A DNA stretch of 64,000 nucleotides from Camelus dromedarius. Its lineage: Eukaryota. The stretch lies in NCBI RefSeq assembly GCF_036321535.1, contig NC_087446.1, forward strand, positions 3,038,001 through 3,102,000. Reading direction: 5' to 3'. The translations under genes were made by a program, and so were the position numbers. The notes beneath the pieces were generated by a model. The model did not search any database. It had not been told where the DNA came from and worked only from the letters and a program-made list of their open reading frames with translations. This document shows, piece by piece, positions 1-12,759 of this stretch; positions within the stretch are counted from its first letter, which is position 1; each line of letters opens with the position of its first letter.

Positions 1-1996
1 CCTCAGTCCCCCATGCCTTTCACAGGAGCAGAATTGGGAAGGCACCTGCTGCGAGGTCTGTGCTGATGGACTGTCCCCAGCAAGTCCTGCCTCCCTGCTC
101 CAGCCCCTGCTTGCCTGGGCCCACCCAGTGCACGAATGGGACGCTGAGAACAGCACGTCTGCAGGGACAATGGGCAGCCTGGGGCAGAGCCCTACAGGAC
201 CAGGACACTTTGGGAGGCCATAGGGGTGCAACTAAGCAGGCCCTGGCAGTGGGGACCCGCTAAGCATGCTGCGCAGGACAGAGGTTCAGGGCGGCAGGGC
301 TGATCTCGCCCGCTGCTGAGATTAAGCCACTACCTGCCTCCGAGGGGCTCCTGGCCAGCTTCCCAGGTCCCCTGGGACAGAGTACAGGAACCTGCCAGCC
401 CCCCAGCCATTGTCCCCAGAGCACGCCCTTCCCACCTGCGACCTCAGCCTCGGCCAATCGGGCGCTCCCTGGCCCTGAGCTCCGAGGCCCTGCCTGCAGC
501 TGTTTCCCTGACAGGGCTTGAGGGGTCCAGACGGCCCAGCACCACTGCCTTCCTGTCCAGGGGTTCGGCCTGCGGATGCGGCCCACGTGTCACCACCACG
601 AGGCCTCTCTAGAGCTGGGGGCAGCCACCCTCACTCTCCTAGAAGCCTGGCCTGGCCCAGTAATAGCCTGGCATGCTGGTGCTGGGGTCTGAGTGTGGGC
701 ACCTGCAGGAGTGGGTATAGAAGGAGGGCGTGAAGGGAGCAGAGGGGGCACCCTGTCCCCACCCCACTGCTCTCTGCTCCTGGCAGGGCATGAGCCTGCC
801 TGCACCTTTCGGCCACCTTCTGGTTTCCCGAAACTTCCTGACAGCCCCTGGGTGCCCAGATAGACGCCACTCGACACGAGGGCCCAGCTGCCATGTGGGC
901 CCTTCCTGCAGCCGACTACCCAGACGGTGCGGCCCAGTCACCAGGCCCTGGAGCCAAGACTGCCATGAGGCCCTCCCCCATGCCCCCCATTTCTGTAAGT
1001 GGAGTTGTCTTCAGAGACCCCACAGGCCCTGGGGACCCTCAAAGGGCGTTGGCTGTTTCTTAGAGAGGGGTGCTGGGAGCCAGCTATGGAAACGTCTCAG
1101 GGAAGAGCGCTGGCTGGGTGCTGGGGAGGAGTCTGGTCCAGGCAGCGTGGTCTGTGCTCGGGTCAGGAGGCCTGTGTGAGCATGACTCAGCGTTTCAACT
1201 GCGTGGCCGTGGACCTTGGCCTCTCGGAGCCTTGGCGTCCTCCTCTGGGCAATGAGGAGTTCACTGCCTCGTGGCAGGGGCTGAGCAGATGGGAGTGGTG
1301 TGTATACTGAGTGCCAGCCCTGAGCCAGGCACAGGAGCGGCTATCCTTACCCACCCCCATGTGCATGGTGGCCCCTCCCTGGGCCCCAGGTTCTACTCCT
1401 GCGAGACGAGGAGCTGGAGGAGAGGGACCTTGAGAACCAGAGATACCATGGCACCCAGGCCTGCAAGTGAGGGACGGCCTTAGTGCAGACAGGGTACCAG
1501 CCAGCCCATCTCACCAGCACAGAGGGAGGGGTCTGGGCCCTCGGGAAGTGCTTAGCAAACCCACCCTACTCTGCCCCTCTGGGTTGGGTCGGTGGTCAAG
1601 AGATGGGCTGGCCGGCAGGACCCCAACACCAGGTCAGGGCCCACCCAGAAGCAGCCTCACTCATCACCCATCACTCAGCTCCCGGGCTCTCGGGGCGTCA
1701 CTAACACTTAGAAATGTGAGGTTCCAGGTGGGAGGACCAACGCTGACACACGCTTCCCCACCTACAAGTCTGGTTCCAGCAGCGCAAACTGCAGGCCCTG
1801 GGGACAGGGCTGGGGGCACCGTGTGGCCCTGAGTGGGAGAGAGGAAGTCGGAGCCTCCCTGGGCCTCATTCACCTCCCTCGCCTGTGCAGGCCGCCTGCA
1901 GGGCCACATGGCTCAGGTGGCAGGAGGCAGCTGCTCTGTCAACACGAGCCCTCCCGGTAGGAAACGAGGCCGAGGAGGGGGGCCATGCTGGGGTCA

Positions 1997-2206
<210 letters not shown>

Positions 2207-2224
2207 TCAATCCTCAACATGACC

Positions 2225-2428
2225 TGGGTAGGCTGAATTGTGTCCCCGAAAATGGTACATTTGAACATGTGCCCTAACTTAGAATTAGAGTCTGCAGATG
2301 GTCATCAAGATCCTCAATTTAAGATGAGGTCACCCTGGATCCTGGTGGGCCCCATAGCCAATGGCTGGTGTCCTTATGAGAGAAAGGAGAGGGAGGTTCG
2401 GATACTGAGACACAGAGACACAGACACA

Positions 2429-2470
<42 letters not shown>

Positions 2471-2510
2471 ACAGACAGCCAAGTGAAGATAGGCAGAGAC
2501 TGTGATTTCA
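2225..2510 (+). mobile_element. MaLR (MLT1-type) LTR fragment
   Basis: gctgaattgtgtcccc...agatgaggtcaccctggat...gctggtgtccttatgagaga...gtgaagataggcagagac resembles MLT1 consensus (from memory). Confidence 0.7.
2409..2468. repeat. Compound microsatellite (GACACA)n(CA)19 in TTC38 intron 5
   Basis: Read directly; pure CA run 2431-2468. Confidence 0.95.
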
Positions 2511-2589
2511 GATTTGCCAATCCCCACAATCACATGAGCCCATTCCTTAAAATAAATGTCTCCCTCCTCCCACCTCCCTCCCCCCTTCC

Positions 2590-2670
2590 CCCACATATAT
2601 GCAAATAGCATGGATACAGACACAGGTCTACATATCCCATTGGTTCTGTTTCTCTGGAGAACCGTGACTA
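2590..2670 (+). mobile_element. MLT2/ERVL-type LTR 3' end
   Basis: atatcccattggttctgtttctctggagaaccgtgactaatgca resembles the MLT2 terminal motif. Confidence 0.6.
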
Positions 2671-3331
2671 ATGCAGCTCTTCCATCTGTTAATCCATTTG
2701 ACCTTCACAACAACCCTGTGATTAAGAGGCATTGGAGGTGACCAGGTGTGGTGGACCCTAGGGCTGTTCATAGATATTCCAGGCCCTCCTCTCCTCCCAG
2801 CACACAGCAGAGCTGCACTTCCTGGCCTCCTGTGGGTGGGTGACCGGCTCTGGCCAATGACTGGGGAACTGAGGGGTACCCCCTTCACTCTGAGCACTAA
2901 TGCCATCGTGAGTCCCTCAGCAGAGCTCTTCTTTTCCCTCTCAGCAGCTGGTGTGTCCAGAGAGCAGCTGCTTCATCCGCCGGGATCCTGGAGGGAGACA
3001 ATGGCCTAAGTGCAGCCTCCTATGATGGGCATGTATTATGTGTGAGAAATTAACCTTTGCTGAAGCAAGCTTTGGAGAAAAAGATCTAAAGGATGTTTGT
3101 TACTGTGGCAAAAACTAGCCTATGCTGACTGATACACAATGGTACTACCTCATTCACAGGATGGGATGAAGATCAAATGAAGACATGAAGCCTGTTTACT
3201 TTAAAGACCTAGGAAAATAGCAATGGTAGTCTCACTAGTTTTAGGGCAGGGCCAGGAGAGTAGCCACATTTTTAGGGCAGAGGAGAGAGACTAACAAATA
3301 GCGCAATGATGTGATTTCTAACTGGCTCCTA

Positions 3332-3676
<345 letters not shown>

Positions 3677-4350
3677 TTACTCTCTAATTCAAGCAAAAAA
3701 CAAAAACAAATACAAAAAACTGGTTCAATAAGCTGCCAAAGACAATTTCACCTGAGACCATGAACCAGCTGCAGGAAGTCTCCAAGGTGGAAGTCCACCC
3801 CCGCGCTGACGTCTGCACTGACTGACCGGGAGGACCGGGACAGGACTCTCTGTCGCTGTACCATTAGCTCAGGTCGCCTAGCTCTGCGGGGCATCTCCCC
3901 TGGCCAAGCAGACACAGGGTGGTCCTGGAGGCAGGCTTCAGGGTCAGGATGCACCCACACAAGGGGACAGTGGTGGGAACAACAGAAGCAGGGGACACAC
4001 CTGGAAGACCATGGTGGATGGTCACAGGGTGTGTCAGGACAGGAGCAAAGGGCGAGGGCTTCCTTCCCTCTTCTGTCTCATATATTTCTGTATCATGGTC
4101 CTATTATTTTTGGGATGAAAATAATAACCAGTTTATTTAACAAAACAAAATAAATTGCTTTGAATGCTAAACTGGGAATCCGAGCCAACTACATCCTCAT
4201 TCAGCAGTCAACTGGGGCCGGAGCAGCAGGGAGGATGCGATCTTCAGTCAGACGGGCCCGGGAGGCAGGGTGAGAATCACCGCAGGGCCCCATGGTACCG
4301 GGGCAGCCAGCCCTGTGGCATCGCCCAGTATGGCCCAGGGAGGCCCCTCA

Positions 4351-4680
<330 letters not shown>

Positions 4681-5589
4681 TCAGCCCAGGCCTTCACCAT
4701 GCATGTGGAGGAGTGGCAACCCTAAAACATCCGGCCCCTCCTCGAATATTCTCCTACCCAGGGCATTCTGGGGCGTGCCAACCTCCGGAGCACCTGCTGG
4801 TTCCAGGCTGCCTCCAGGCTCCTGTGCAGCCCCCCCTCGCTTCCCTTATCAGCTGATATTGTCACTACGACCAGTCAAGGCCTCCCAGGGGCCACCCAGT
4901 AGATGCTGTCAGGGGCCAGGTCCCTGGGGCACAGAAGCCAGGATCCTGTCTTGGCTGCTCTTGTGTGCTGAGGGCTTGGAGTTGGTGGAGATGGGGTGTG
5001 CCTTGTGGCCCTTGTAGCATCATTGCTGGCAGGTGTCCAGGTCCCTGATCCTACCTGGGCTTCCCAACCCCCACCTTGACAGAAGAAGGGTGTCTGCTGG
5101 CATTTGGAACTCACTCCCCGGCCGAGGGCTGGGACCGAGGACCCAACCATAGCGCTGGGACCACCCATGTGGCCCCTGCTTCTGACCTGGGGCCCGAGGT
5201 CTGCTCAGAGGGCCTGAGCCCACTCCTGGCTATTGGCTCCCCCTATGGCTTCCTTCTTCCTGTATTCTGTGTCCCTGGCCCTCAGTGGGACCTGGCTACC
5301 CTCCCCTCCTCAGCTCTTCTCTGCAGCCCAGAACCTCACCTGACACTGGGGTAACCTTCCTGGGGTTCCAGAATGCACTGGGCTGACTCCCTCCTGCCCT
5401 GCAAGCACATGGCTTGCCTGCAGTGCCAGCCTCTGTCACTGGGTTGGTCTCCCCATCCCAGCTGCTCTCAGGAAGGCCTCACTAGTGCCCCAAGAAGTGG
5501 CAGTGGCCACCTCTTGTGTTCTGGGAGGGGTCCAGGCTTTGGGTTCAGACAGCTTTGTCTGATCCCAGGCCCCCAACCACCAGCTGAAT

Positions 5590-5695
5590 GGCTTTAAGTA
5601 TATGTCTTACTGTCTCTGAACCTCATTTTCCTCATCTGAAAAATGGGCTCAGTGTCTTCCCTGCAGAATTGATGTACGATTAAAGAAAACATTTA
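5590..5695 (+). mobile_element. MIR fragment
   Basis: tctgaacctcattttcctcatctgaaaaatggg MIR core motif. Confidence 0.65.
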
Positions 5696-5913
5696 AAAGA
5701 TGCCTTCTATAGAACCTGGCATCTTTATGGGAGCAGCTGTTATTCTAAGCACAGCAGTGGCTGTCATCTTCCCTCCCCCTCCTCTCCATGCAAACACCAG
5801 CATGGTCACTGCCACCAGGCCTGCCCTCCCCAACCCAGCTGAGTCCTGCAGTCAGGGGACCAGTGAGGGACTGGGCTCGTGAAACGGGGCTGCTCAGCTG
5901 AGGGAAAGCATCA

Positions 5914-6030
<117 letters not shown>

Positions 6031-7671
6031 TCAGGGAGCTTTTAGTTCATGTTAATGAAGGCATGTATCTAAACCTTGATTTTTTTTTTCTAGAACACTG
6101 AGTATTTTCTGAACCTTAGCTCAAAGAAAACATAACTGGGTTGATCTCACATGAAGAAACTGAATACACGTAACTCAAGGCACACTTTCTAGGGCTGGTG
6201 AGGCCGCCATTTCCCAAAAAGAAACATCTACAGGAAGTTTCTTCCTGACAGGTGACCTGCCCACAGCGTCAGCCGTGACTTCAGGTACCACAACCGGAAC
6301 CCTCCTGCTTCCTATTCATTCCTTTAAAAAAGAACCATAGAAAAAAAAATTTAAAAGAAAATAAAAAAGAACTTTTAAATACTAAAAAGAAGTCAACATT
6401 CAATATAGAAAGTTAGGAAGAGGCACGAAAGCTGCAAGATCAAACTCACCTTGAATCTCACCTCAGTATCATTTTTGACAATGTGGTGTATTTGTTTCTA
6501 GCCCTTTTTTTCAGTGCCTAATTTTTTAAAATCCTAAAACCATAATAATGCATTTGATTTCAGAACGTGTTCTTCCAGATGTCCAACCTACATCTACACA
6601 AATACAGCACATGTATTTTAACGAGACACAGGGGGGTTGGCACAGAACACACACAGGCGGGGCAGGGGGCAGGGGGGCTGCCTCTGCACTGGGAACTGTC
6701 CCTGTAACAAATCACGCTCTGCAGAGGCCTAATGGTGCAGGAAGGGCACATACAGACATAGAGCGATGCACACCGTGGCGTCTCTGGGCAAGCTGACGGC
6801 ATTTCACCAGTTGTTTCTTGTATGGCCCTTATGTTTCTAGAAGCTTCCTTGGTCCTTATGCTGTGTGGATGGAGTCAGGAGGTAGCAGTTTCACTGCTCA
6901 AGCAAAAGCTTAGCTCTAGTTTTCCCCTGGCGTTTGCAGACCCAGGTGAACCCTGCTCCTCTGACTCCCTGCAGGAGTCAGCTCGGCGCTCTGGGCCCCA
7001 GTTTCCTCACCTGCCAAGCAAAGTAGTTGGGCCTTACTTCTGAGCTCCTCCTAGTTCTAAAACTGTAGGCTCCTTCCCTGGTGTTGGAAACGACTGGCAA
7101 CGTGGTGGAAGGTCTTAGAACAGCCGTAGGTGAGAGCAGTACGTCCACTGATTAGCCTCAGGAGAGGGGCCCCCATCAAACCCTCAGCAGGCCACAGCGG
7201 GGCGCCCATGGAGGGCTCAGCACCCTCCAGACCATCCCCACTGTCTGCCACTTGGGGGACCTCTCAGCCATGCCGCGGGCAGGCAGGGACATTTCCACTC
7301 CCTAGGGGTACAAAGTACACGGATTCTACTGCGGTCGATTGCCAAAGCCTCCATGCAATTTAAAAAGCACCCACCACCTTCTGAGCCCCTGACCGTGGGG
7401 CTTTGGTGCAGCCTGAGCCCTTGGTCCTGCCCGAGGATGCTTCCAAGCCTTATGAAGACTTTTGGGTCCCCACGAAGCCCTGCTGCACACAAGTTTACCA
7501 GGAGACTTGGGTAGGAATGAGGATAATGAACTACACTGTTTATAAAATCAGGATAAAGGTGTAAAATTTTGAAAGCTTCAAGTCCTGTGCCTGCTCACGT
7601 CATCACCGACCAGCTTTACTGGGAGAGCACATCAGATGACAGGTAGTTTGGCTGCAAACCTAAGCCAGCTA

Positions 7672-7926
<255 letters not shown>

Positions 7927-8689
7927 CTACACACAGAGAGATGTCATATTACAGGCAGTCCTCTAAACACACACCAGCCCCAGCCCTGCGGAGGTCTCCC
8001 AGCACCTAGCATGCGGTAGGCATGGGCCTCGGTGAGACCCGTCCTTTTGGGGTTCCCAGATTTCATAGATAATTAAGTGGAGAAAGAGAGATGAGCCCTG
8101 GGCCGGTCGGGTCCCCATGCAAATCCCAAGGGCCTCTAAAATAGCTGTGTGCCCTCAGGTAAGGTCCTCCCTCTGACCCTTGGCTGGCCCCTTTGACATG
8201 GGGCTCCGGGGGATACATGGGTGACTGTGAAGAGTCTCCTAGGGAGCAGACACTCATAGGTGGGAGTCCCTGATCTGGCTGGGGGAGATCTGCCAGGGCA
8301 GAAGAGAGGCCAGCGCTGGAGTGCAAGACCAGGAGCGTGTTCTTTCCTCTGGCTGGCAAGGTGTACACTCTATGCCAACCGCGGAAGCAACTCCTCTCAT
8401 CTCCCCATCACCTCACCAGACGATTCAAACCTTCAGGTCTGTCAGTGGAAGCGTCGCCAATTGTCAGAACTGTGTGCCCTGCCAGGGGCGCACGCACAGG
8501 GGACTCCCCGGGGTGGGGAAATATCCTTTACTCTGGCCAGCCCAGCGGCCAGATCCTCGTGAGGAATATTGCGTTGCTGTGGGCATGACTCCTCGCTCCT
8601 CTGAACACCCCTTCCACATCTGCAAAATGGGTCCAGGCTCCCTGCCCTGGCGGGTCCTAAGAAGACCCTCAGTAACACGCAGCGTCCCT

Positions 8690-9310
8690 GCCTGCGACAC
8701 GCCGGGGTCCAGGAGCTAAGTTTTAAGGGGGTCTGGGGTCTCCGGGGGGCCCCGCCCCACGCCGCTGGTTTCTCTAGGTGGGGGCCCCACTGGAGGGTCC
8801 TCTGTTCCCTTTCGGGCGCCCCGGACGCGCGCCCGCTTCTAGAGGGCCGCGCCCCACCCAGACCCCGGGCAGGTCTGATCCCGCCCCCGGGGTGCCGGGC
8901 CACCCCCGTGGTTGCGGGGTCACGGGGCCGCGGGGGACCGGGTCGGGGGCGGCCTCCGCGTACCTGGCAGTCGCGCAGCGGCGCGGACACAGCCATGGTG
9001 CAGGTCGGTGTCTGGGGCGCAGGTAAGTGTCCGGCGAGTGGGTTTCCGGGTGGGGGCGGGGTGCGAGCCCCGGGGGCGGGGCGGCCGCGCTCTCCGCTCT
9101 CTCATTGGTCGGCTTCGGCCCGTGGCTCCCTCCTCCCGGACTGTGGGAATCCCGGTCGGCTCGAGGGGGCAGGGGTGAGTCTCTGTGTACTCTCCGGCTC
9201 CCCTCGCCCCCCGCCATTAGACCGGGAGCCTGGGGCCCCAGGGCCAGAGGGCGAGCTGGGGGGCTCCTCCCCGGGGGGACCCTCTTGGGGAGACGACTGC
9301 AGAATCCCTT
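8690..9310. promoter_or_regulatory. TTC38 CpG-island promoter
   Basis: Dense CpG around exon 1; GC boxes near 9052-9061 and 9073-9082; CCAAT on the minus strand at 9104-9108. Boundaries approximate. Confidence 0.85.
8964..8996 (-). CDS. TTC38: TTC38 coding exon 1 (MAVSAPLRDCQ)
   Basis: ATG 8996-8994 in accATGG context; peptide matches the TTC38 N-terminus (human MAAASPLRDCQ); 33 nt ending at CAG|gtacgc donor. Confidence 0.95.
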
Positions 9311-10079
9311 GGGAGGTCGAGAGACCTGGGACTGCGGTCGCTTTCAAGCTCATGTAGTCCCACTGGGAAGCCGTAGGCACACATTCACAGTGGTCACTTT
9401 TGGCCAACATCCCACGCGACCGGTTCCACCAGGTTATCCCCCCCCCCGGCTCCCTGGGTCCCATGCCCTCTCCTTCTCTAGGACTTGCGGCGGGAGTATG
9501 ACGGGCCTCTCCTGCAGATCAGCTGCTTCTCCACTGAGCTCTGCCATCAGCCACAAACCTCTCTAGCCTGACTGCTCTCCCCTAGTGTAATCTAACCTCT
9601 CGCTCTTCCTCCCCCCAGGGTACAGGAGTCAGTAAGTAGTTCAGTGTGGGATCAGATCCTGTCCTTATTTAAATATTAATATTTTGTTCATCATTGTTTT
9701 GTATTGATTTTAATTTTCCAAAATATTGCATTAAAATATTATTTGTCTTATTTAAGAGCTGAAACTATAAAACGTTTAGAAGAAAACCTAGGAATAAATC
9801 TTCACGATGTTGGATTTGGCAGAGGTTCTTAGATATGACACCAAAAGGACAAAACCCAAAAGAAAGCATAGAAAAAGTGGATTTCATAAAAATTAAATTT
9901 TTTTCTGCATCAAAGGATGCTATCAAGAAAGTGAAAAGACAAACTACAGACAAGACAATGGGCAAAAATAGTTGCAAATCATACTGGATAAGAGTTCAGT
10001 ATCCAGAATACATAAAGAATTCTTACAACTCAACAGCAAAATGACAAACACCCCAACTTAAAAAAGAGCAAAGGATGTG

Positions 10080-10207
10080 NNNNNNNNNNNNNNNNNNNNN
10101 NNNNNNNNNNNNNNNNNNNNNNNNNNNNNNNNNNNNNNNNNNNNNNNNNNNNNNNNNNNNNNNNNNNNNNNNNNNNNNNNNNNNNNNNNNNNNNNNNNNN
10201 NNNNNNN
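10080..10207. other. Assembly gap, 128 N
   Basis: Counted directly. Confidence 1.
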
Positions 10208-10620
10208 GGCTAGAATTTTGTTTTTTAAGGAAAATCAGTATTGGCGAAGACATGGAGAAACCGGAACCGTCATACACTGCTGGCAGGAATACAAAAGGTG
10301 TGGCTGCTGTGGAAAACAGGTGACTCCTCAAAAAGTTAAACATAGAACGTCCTGGCCATTTTGCACAACTAAAAGATGTGAAAACAGGTATGCAGAGAAA
10401 GCCTTGTACACAAATGTTCGCAGCAGCACTATTCAGAGTTCCAAAATGTGGAAACAACCCAATCGTCCATCAAGAGATGGATGGATAAACAGAATGTGGT
10501 CTAGATCCATGTAGTGAAATATTACTCAACTGTAAAGAGGAATGAAGGACTGGTACACACTACAATGTGAAGGAACCTCTGAAACATGCTCAGTGAAAGA
10601 AGCCAGGAATAAAATCTCAC

Positions 10621-10765
10621 TTTTTTTTTAACTTCATTTTTAAAATTTTGTTTTTTATTGAAGTGTAGTTGATTTATAATGTTAGTTTCAGGCAGACAGC
10701 AAAGCAATTCAGTTATATATATATACATACATATATACACACATATTTTCAGATTCTTTTCCATT
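10621..10765 (-). mobile_element. Short 5'-truncated younger L1 3' end nested in the older L1
   Basis: Poly-T then ttattgaagtgtagttgatttataatgttag...cagattcttttccattata; TSD ataaaatctcac (10609-10620) / ataaaagctcac (10766-10777). Confidence 0.8.
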
Positions 10766-11067
10766 ATAAAAGCTCACATATTGTATGATTCCATTTACAT
10801 GAAATAGCCAGGATCAGCAAATCCACAGAAAAAGTAGATTCATAGTTGCCAGGGGCCGGCATGAGGCAGGAATGGGGAGTGACTGCTTAATGGGTATGAG
10901 TTTCCTTTCAGAGTGATGAAAATGTGATGGTATAAGACTGAGCTGATGGTTGCAAAACATTGTGAATGTATTCAGTACTACCAAATTGTGTCCTTTAGAA
11001 TGGTCAATTTATGTGAATTAAAAATAGATCATTTGTCCTGATTACTGAGGATTTTGGCACCCTCCAC

Positions 11068-11703
11068 TGAAGGAGGCAGGGAGCTGGGGAACCCAACCCA
11101 GGACCTGTTGCTTAGAGATTTCTTTAAAGGTTTAAAATGAACCTGTTTAAAACTTACTTACAGTTGGCCTTACATGATCCTCCTGCTTGAGTGATGGAGA
11201 AAGCCACCCTGAAGGAAAAGAAAGCCCTGTGACTGGATCTAATGATGATGACCACGTTGTTTAAGGGTCCCACTTGCTTGACCTAGCTTGACCACATTGT
11301 GTTAGCTTAACTGCGTTGCTTGAGGTCCTTAGTTACCTAATTTTAGCCTGACTGCAGGGTTTGAGGGTCCCTAGAGCTTGCATCTGCAGAGTGTTTGTTC
11401 CACAGAGGAGAAGGCATTGGAAGCCAAACAGGAAAAGAGCAGCCAATGGAAAGGGGACAAGAAGCACCAAAGGAGACAGATAAAGGGCCCCAGTGAAGAC
11501 CCCAAGGGCGGGAGCTCTTACGTCAAGCCACCGGGGCTTACAGAGCACCCACTCCAATGTCTTTGCACTTCAGTGTCTTTTCCTCTTTTCAGCAATAAAA
11601 CAGCTTTCACCCTGCCCCTTTGTCTCCACTGTGAATTCTTTCATGGCCAGGAGACAAGAACCCACTCTTTGGGGTTCTCTGGGGGCTTCCCTGCCCACTA
11701 ACA
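11068..11703 (+). mobile_element. ERV1-type solo LTR (copy A)
   Basis: TG...CA ends, perfect 4-bp TSD CCAC (11064-11067 / 11704-11707), internal CCAAT, TATA-like gataaa and AATAAA; homologous to 27063-27672. Confidence 0.9.
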
Positions 11704-12164
11704 CCACTCTTAAATTTTGTGCCCAAGGCAACAAGTCCCTCCCAGTCCCCCACCCTCACTCCAGTCCAGTGTAAACTCGTGTCACTTTGGAAAAGTGGTA
11801 GCATCTGGCTAGTAGAAGTGATCATAACTGGACCCCGAGCCTCTGACATTCCACTCCTGTGTGGCCAGGATGCCCCAAAAGGCTGAAAACAACACACAGG
11901 GTGACAAGAAGCCTCTACAGGACCCTCACAGGGCCTGTGAATGAGCCTCGCCCTGTATCCTCTCCAGGGTAGAGGCTGAAGTGGTGACAGTGTCTTTGGA
12001 GACCAAAAAAATGTGATGTGGCATTCCACACTCCCCACCCCTCAGCAAGTAGCACCCTTGACCTGTGCCCCTGGAGGGCTGGGGCCCAAAAGCTGGTGTC
12101 AGCTGGGGGGATCAAGGGCTGTGGTAAGGAAGGATGCACTCCTGGCTGGTCTCTGGCCTGGGTG

Positions 12165-12333
12165 TGGCCATGGGTGTGCCCCCTGGGTGGTCACACAGGG
12201 CCTCACACTTAGAAGGGCTCTGTGCTTGGTTGAAAGCTCTGCTGTCGCCATCTTGAAATTTTTAACAGTTTTTGAACAAGAGCCCCACATTTTCATTTTC
12301 CACAGGGCCCTGAAAATCAGGTAGTCAGTCCGT
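12165..12333 (+). mobile_element. hAT MITE (MER45A-like)
   Basis: cacagggcctcacacttagaagggc...ctctgctgtcgccatcttgaaattt...ccccacattttcatttt matches a recalled ~180-bp consensus; subfamily name uncertain. Confidence 0.75.
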
Positions 12334-12479
12334 TAACAGGGGCCATCATTCCCACTGCTTACTGCCTCCACTGTCACAAACCCTAACAAAGTCAGAATCA
12401 GCTCACTTACGTACAGATTGTTCCTCCAGCAACCAGGCCTAACTGGCCTCTGTCCTTTCATTCCTGCCCACCTACAATC

Positions 12480-12750
12480 TACTTCCCTCTCAGCAGAATG
12501 ATGCTTCCAAACTGGAAATCAGATCAGGGCCCTTCCCAGCTCAAAGCCCTCCAAAGACTTCCCAATCCACTTGAGATAAAATTCAGATATGTGACCGTGA
12601 CCTAGGAGACCCCACGTGCTCTGGTCATTGGCCATCTCTCCAACTACATCTTCTACCACTCTCTGGCCGCCCTGCTCACCCCAGCACCACTACTAACCCT
12701 CTCTCTCGTTCCTGCCTCATGCCTTTGCACTTACAGCTCCCTGTGCTAAG
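12480..12750 (+). mobile_element. L2 3' fragment
   Basis: aaatcagatcagggcccttcccagctcaaagccctccaaagacttccca...cctcatgcctttgcac typical L2 3' motifs. Confidence 0.7.
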
Positions 12751-12759
12751 AATGTGTAC

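Larger units (their letters stand above)
9752..11028 (+). mobile_element. Old L1M 3' portion (ORF2 end and 3'UTR)
   Basis: gaaactataaaacgtttagaagaaaac...gatatgacaccaaaag...ctatcaagaaagtgaaaagacaa are typical L1 motifs; no intact ORF. Confidence 0.9.
9650..11770 (+). mobile_element. hAT-Tip100-type non-autonomous element (MER45-like) split into 9650-9750, 11030-11067 and 11708-11770
   Basis: The pieces ...aaaatattgcattaaaatattatttgtc | ctgattactgaggattttggcaccctccac | tcttaaattttgtgcccaaggc... join into one recalled consensus once the L1 and LTR are removed. Confidence 0.6.

Noticed and set aside
10080-10207. Assembly gap possibly hiding a feature
   Set aside because: Both flanks are collinear L1, and the missing consensus stretch as I recall it is about the same length as the 128 N.
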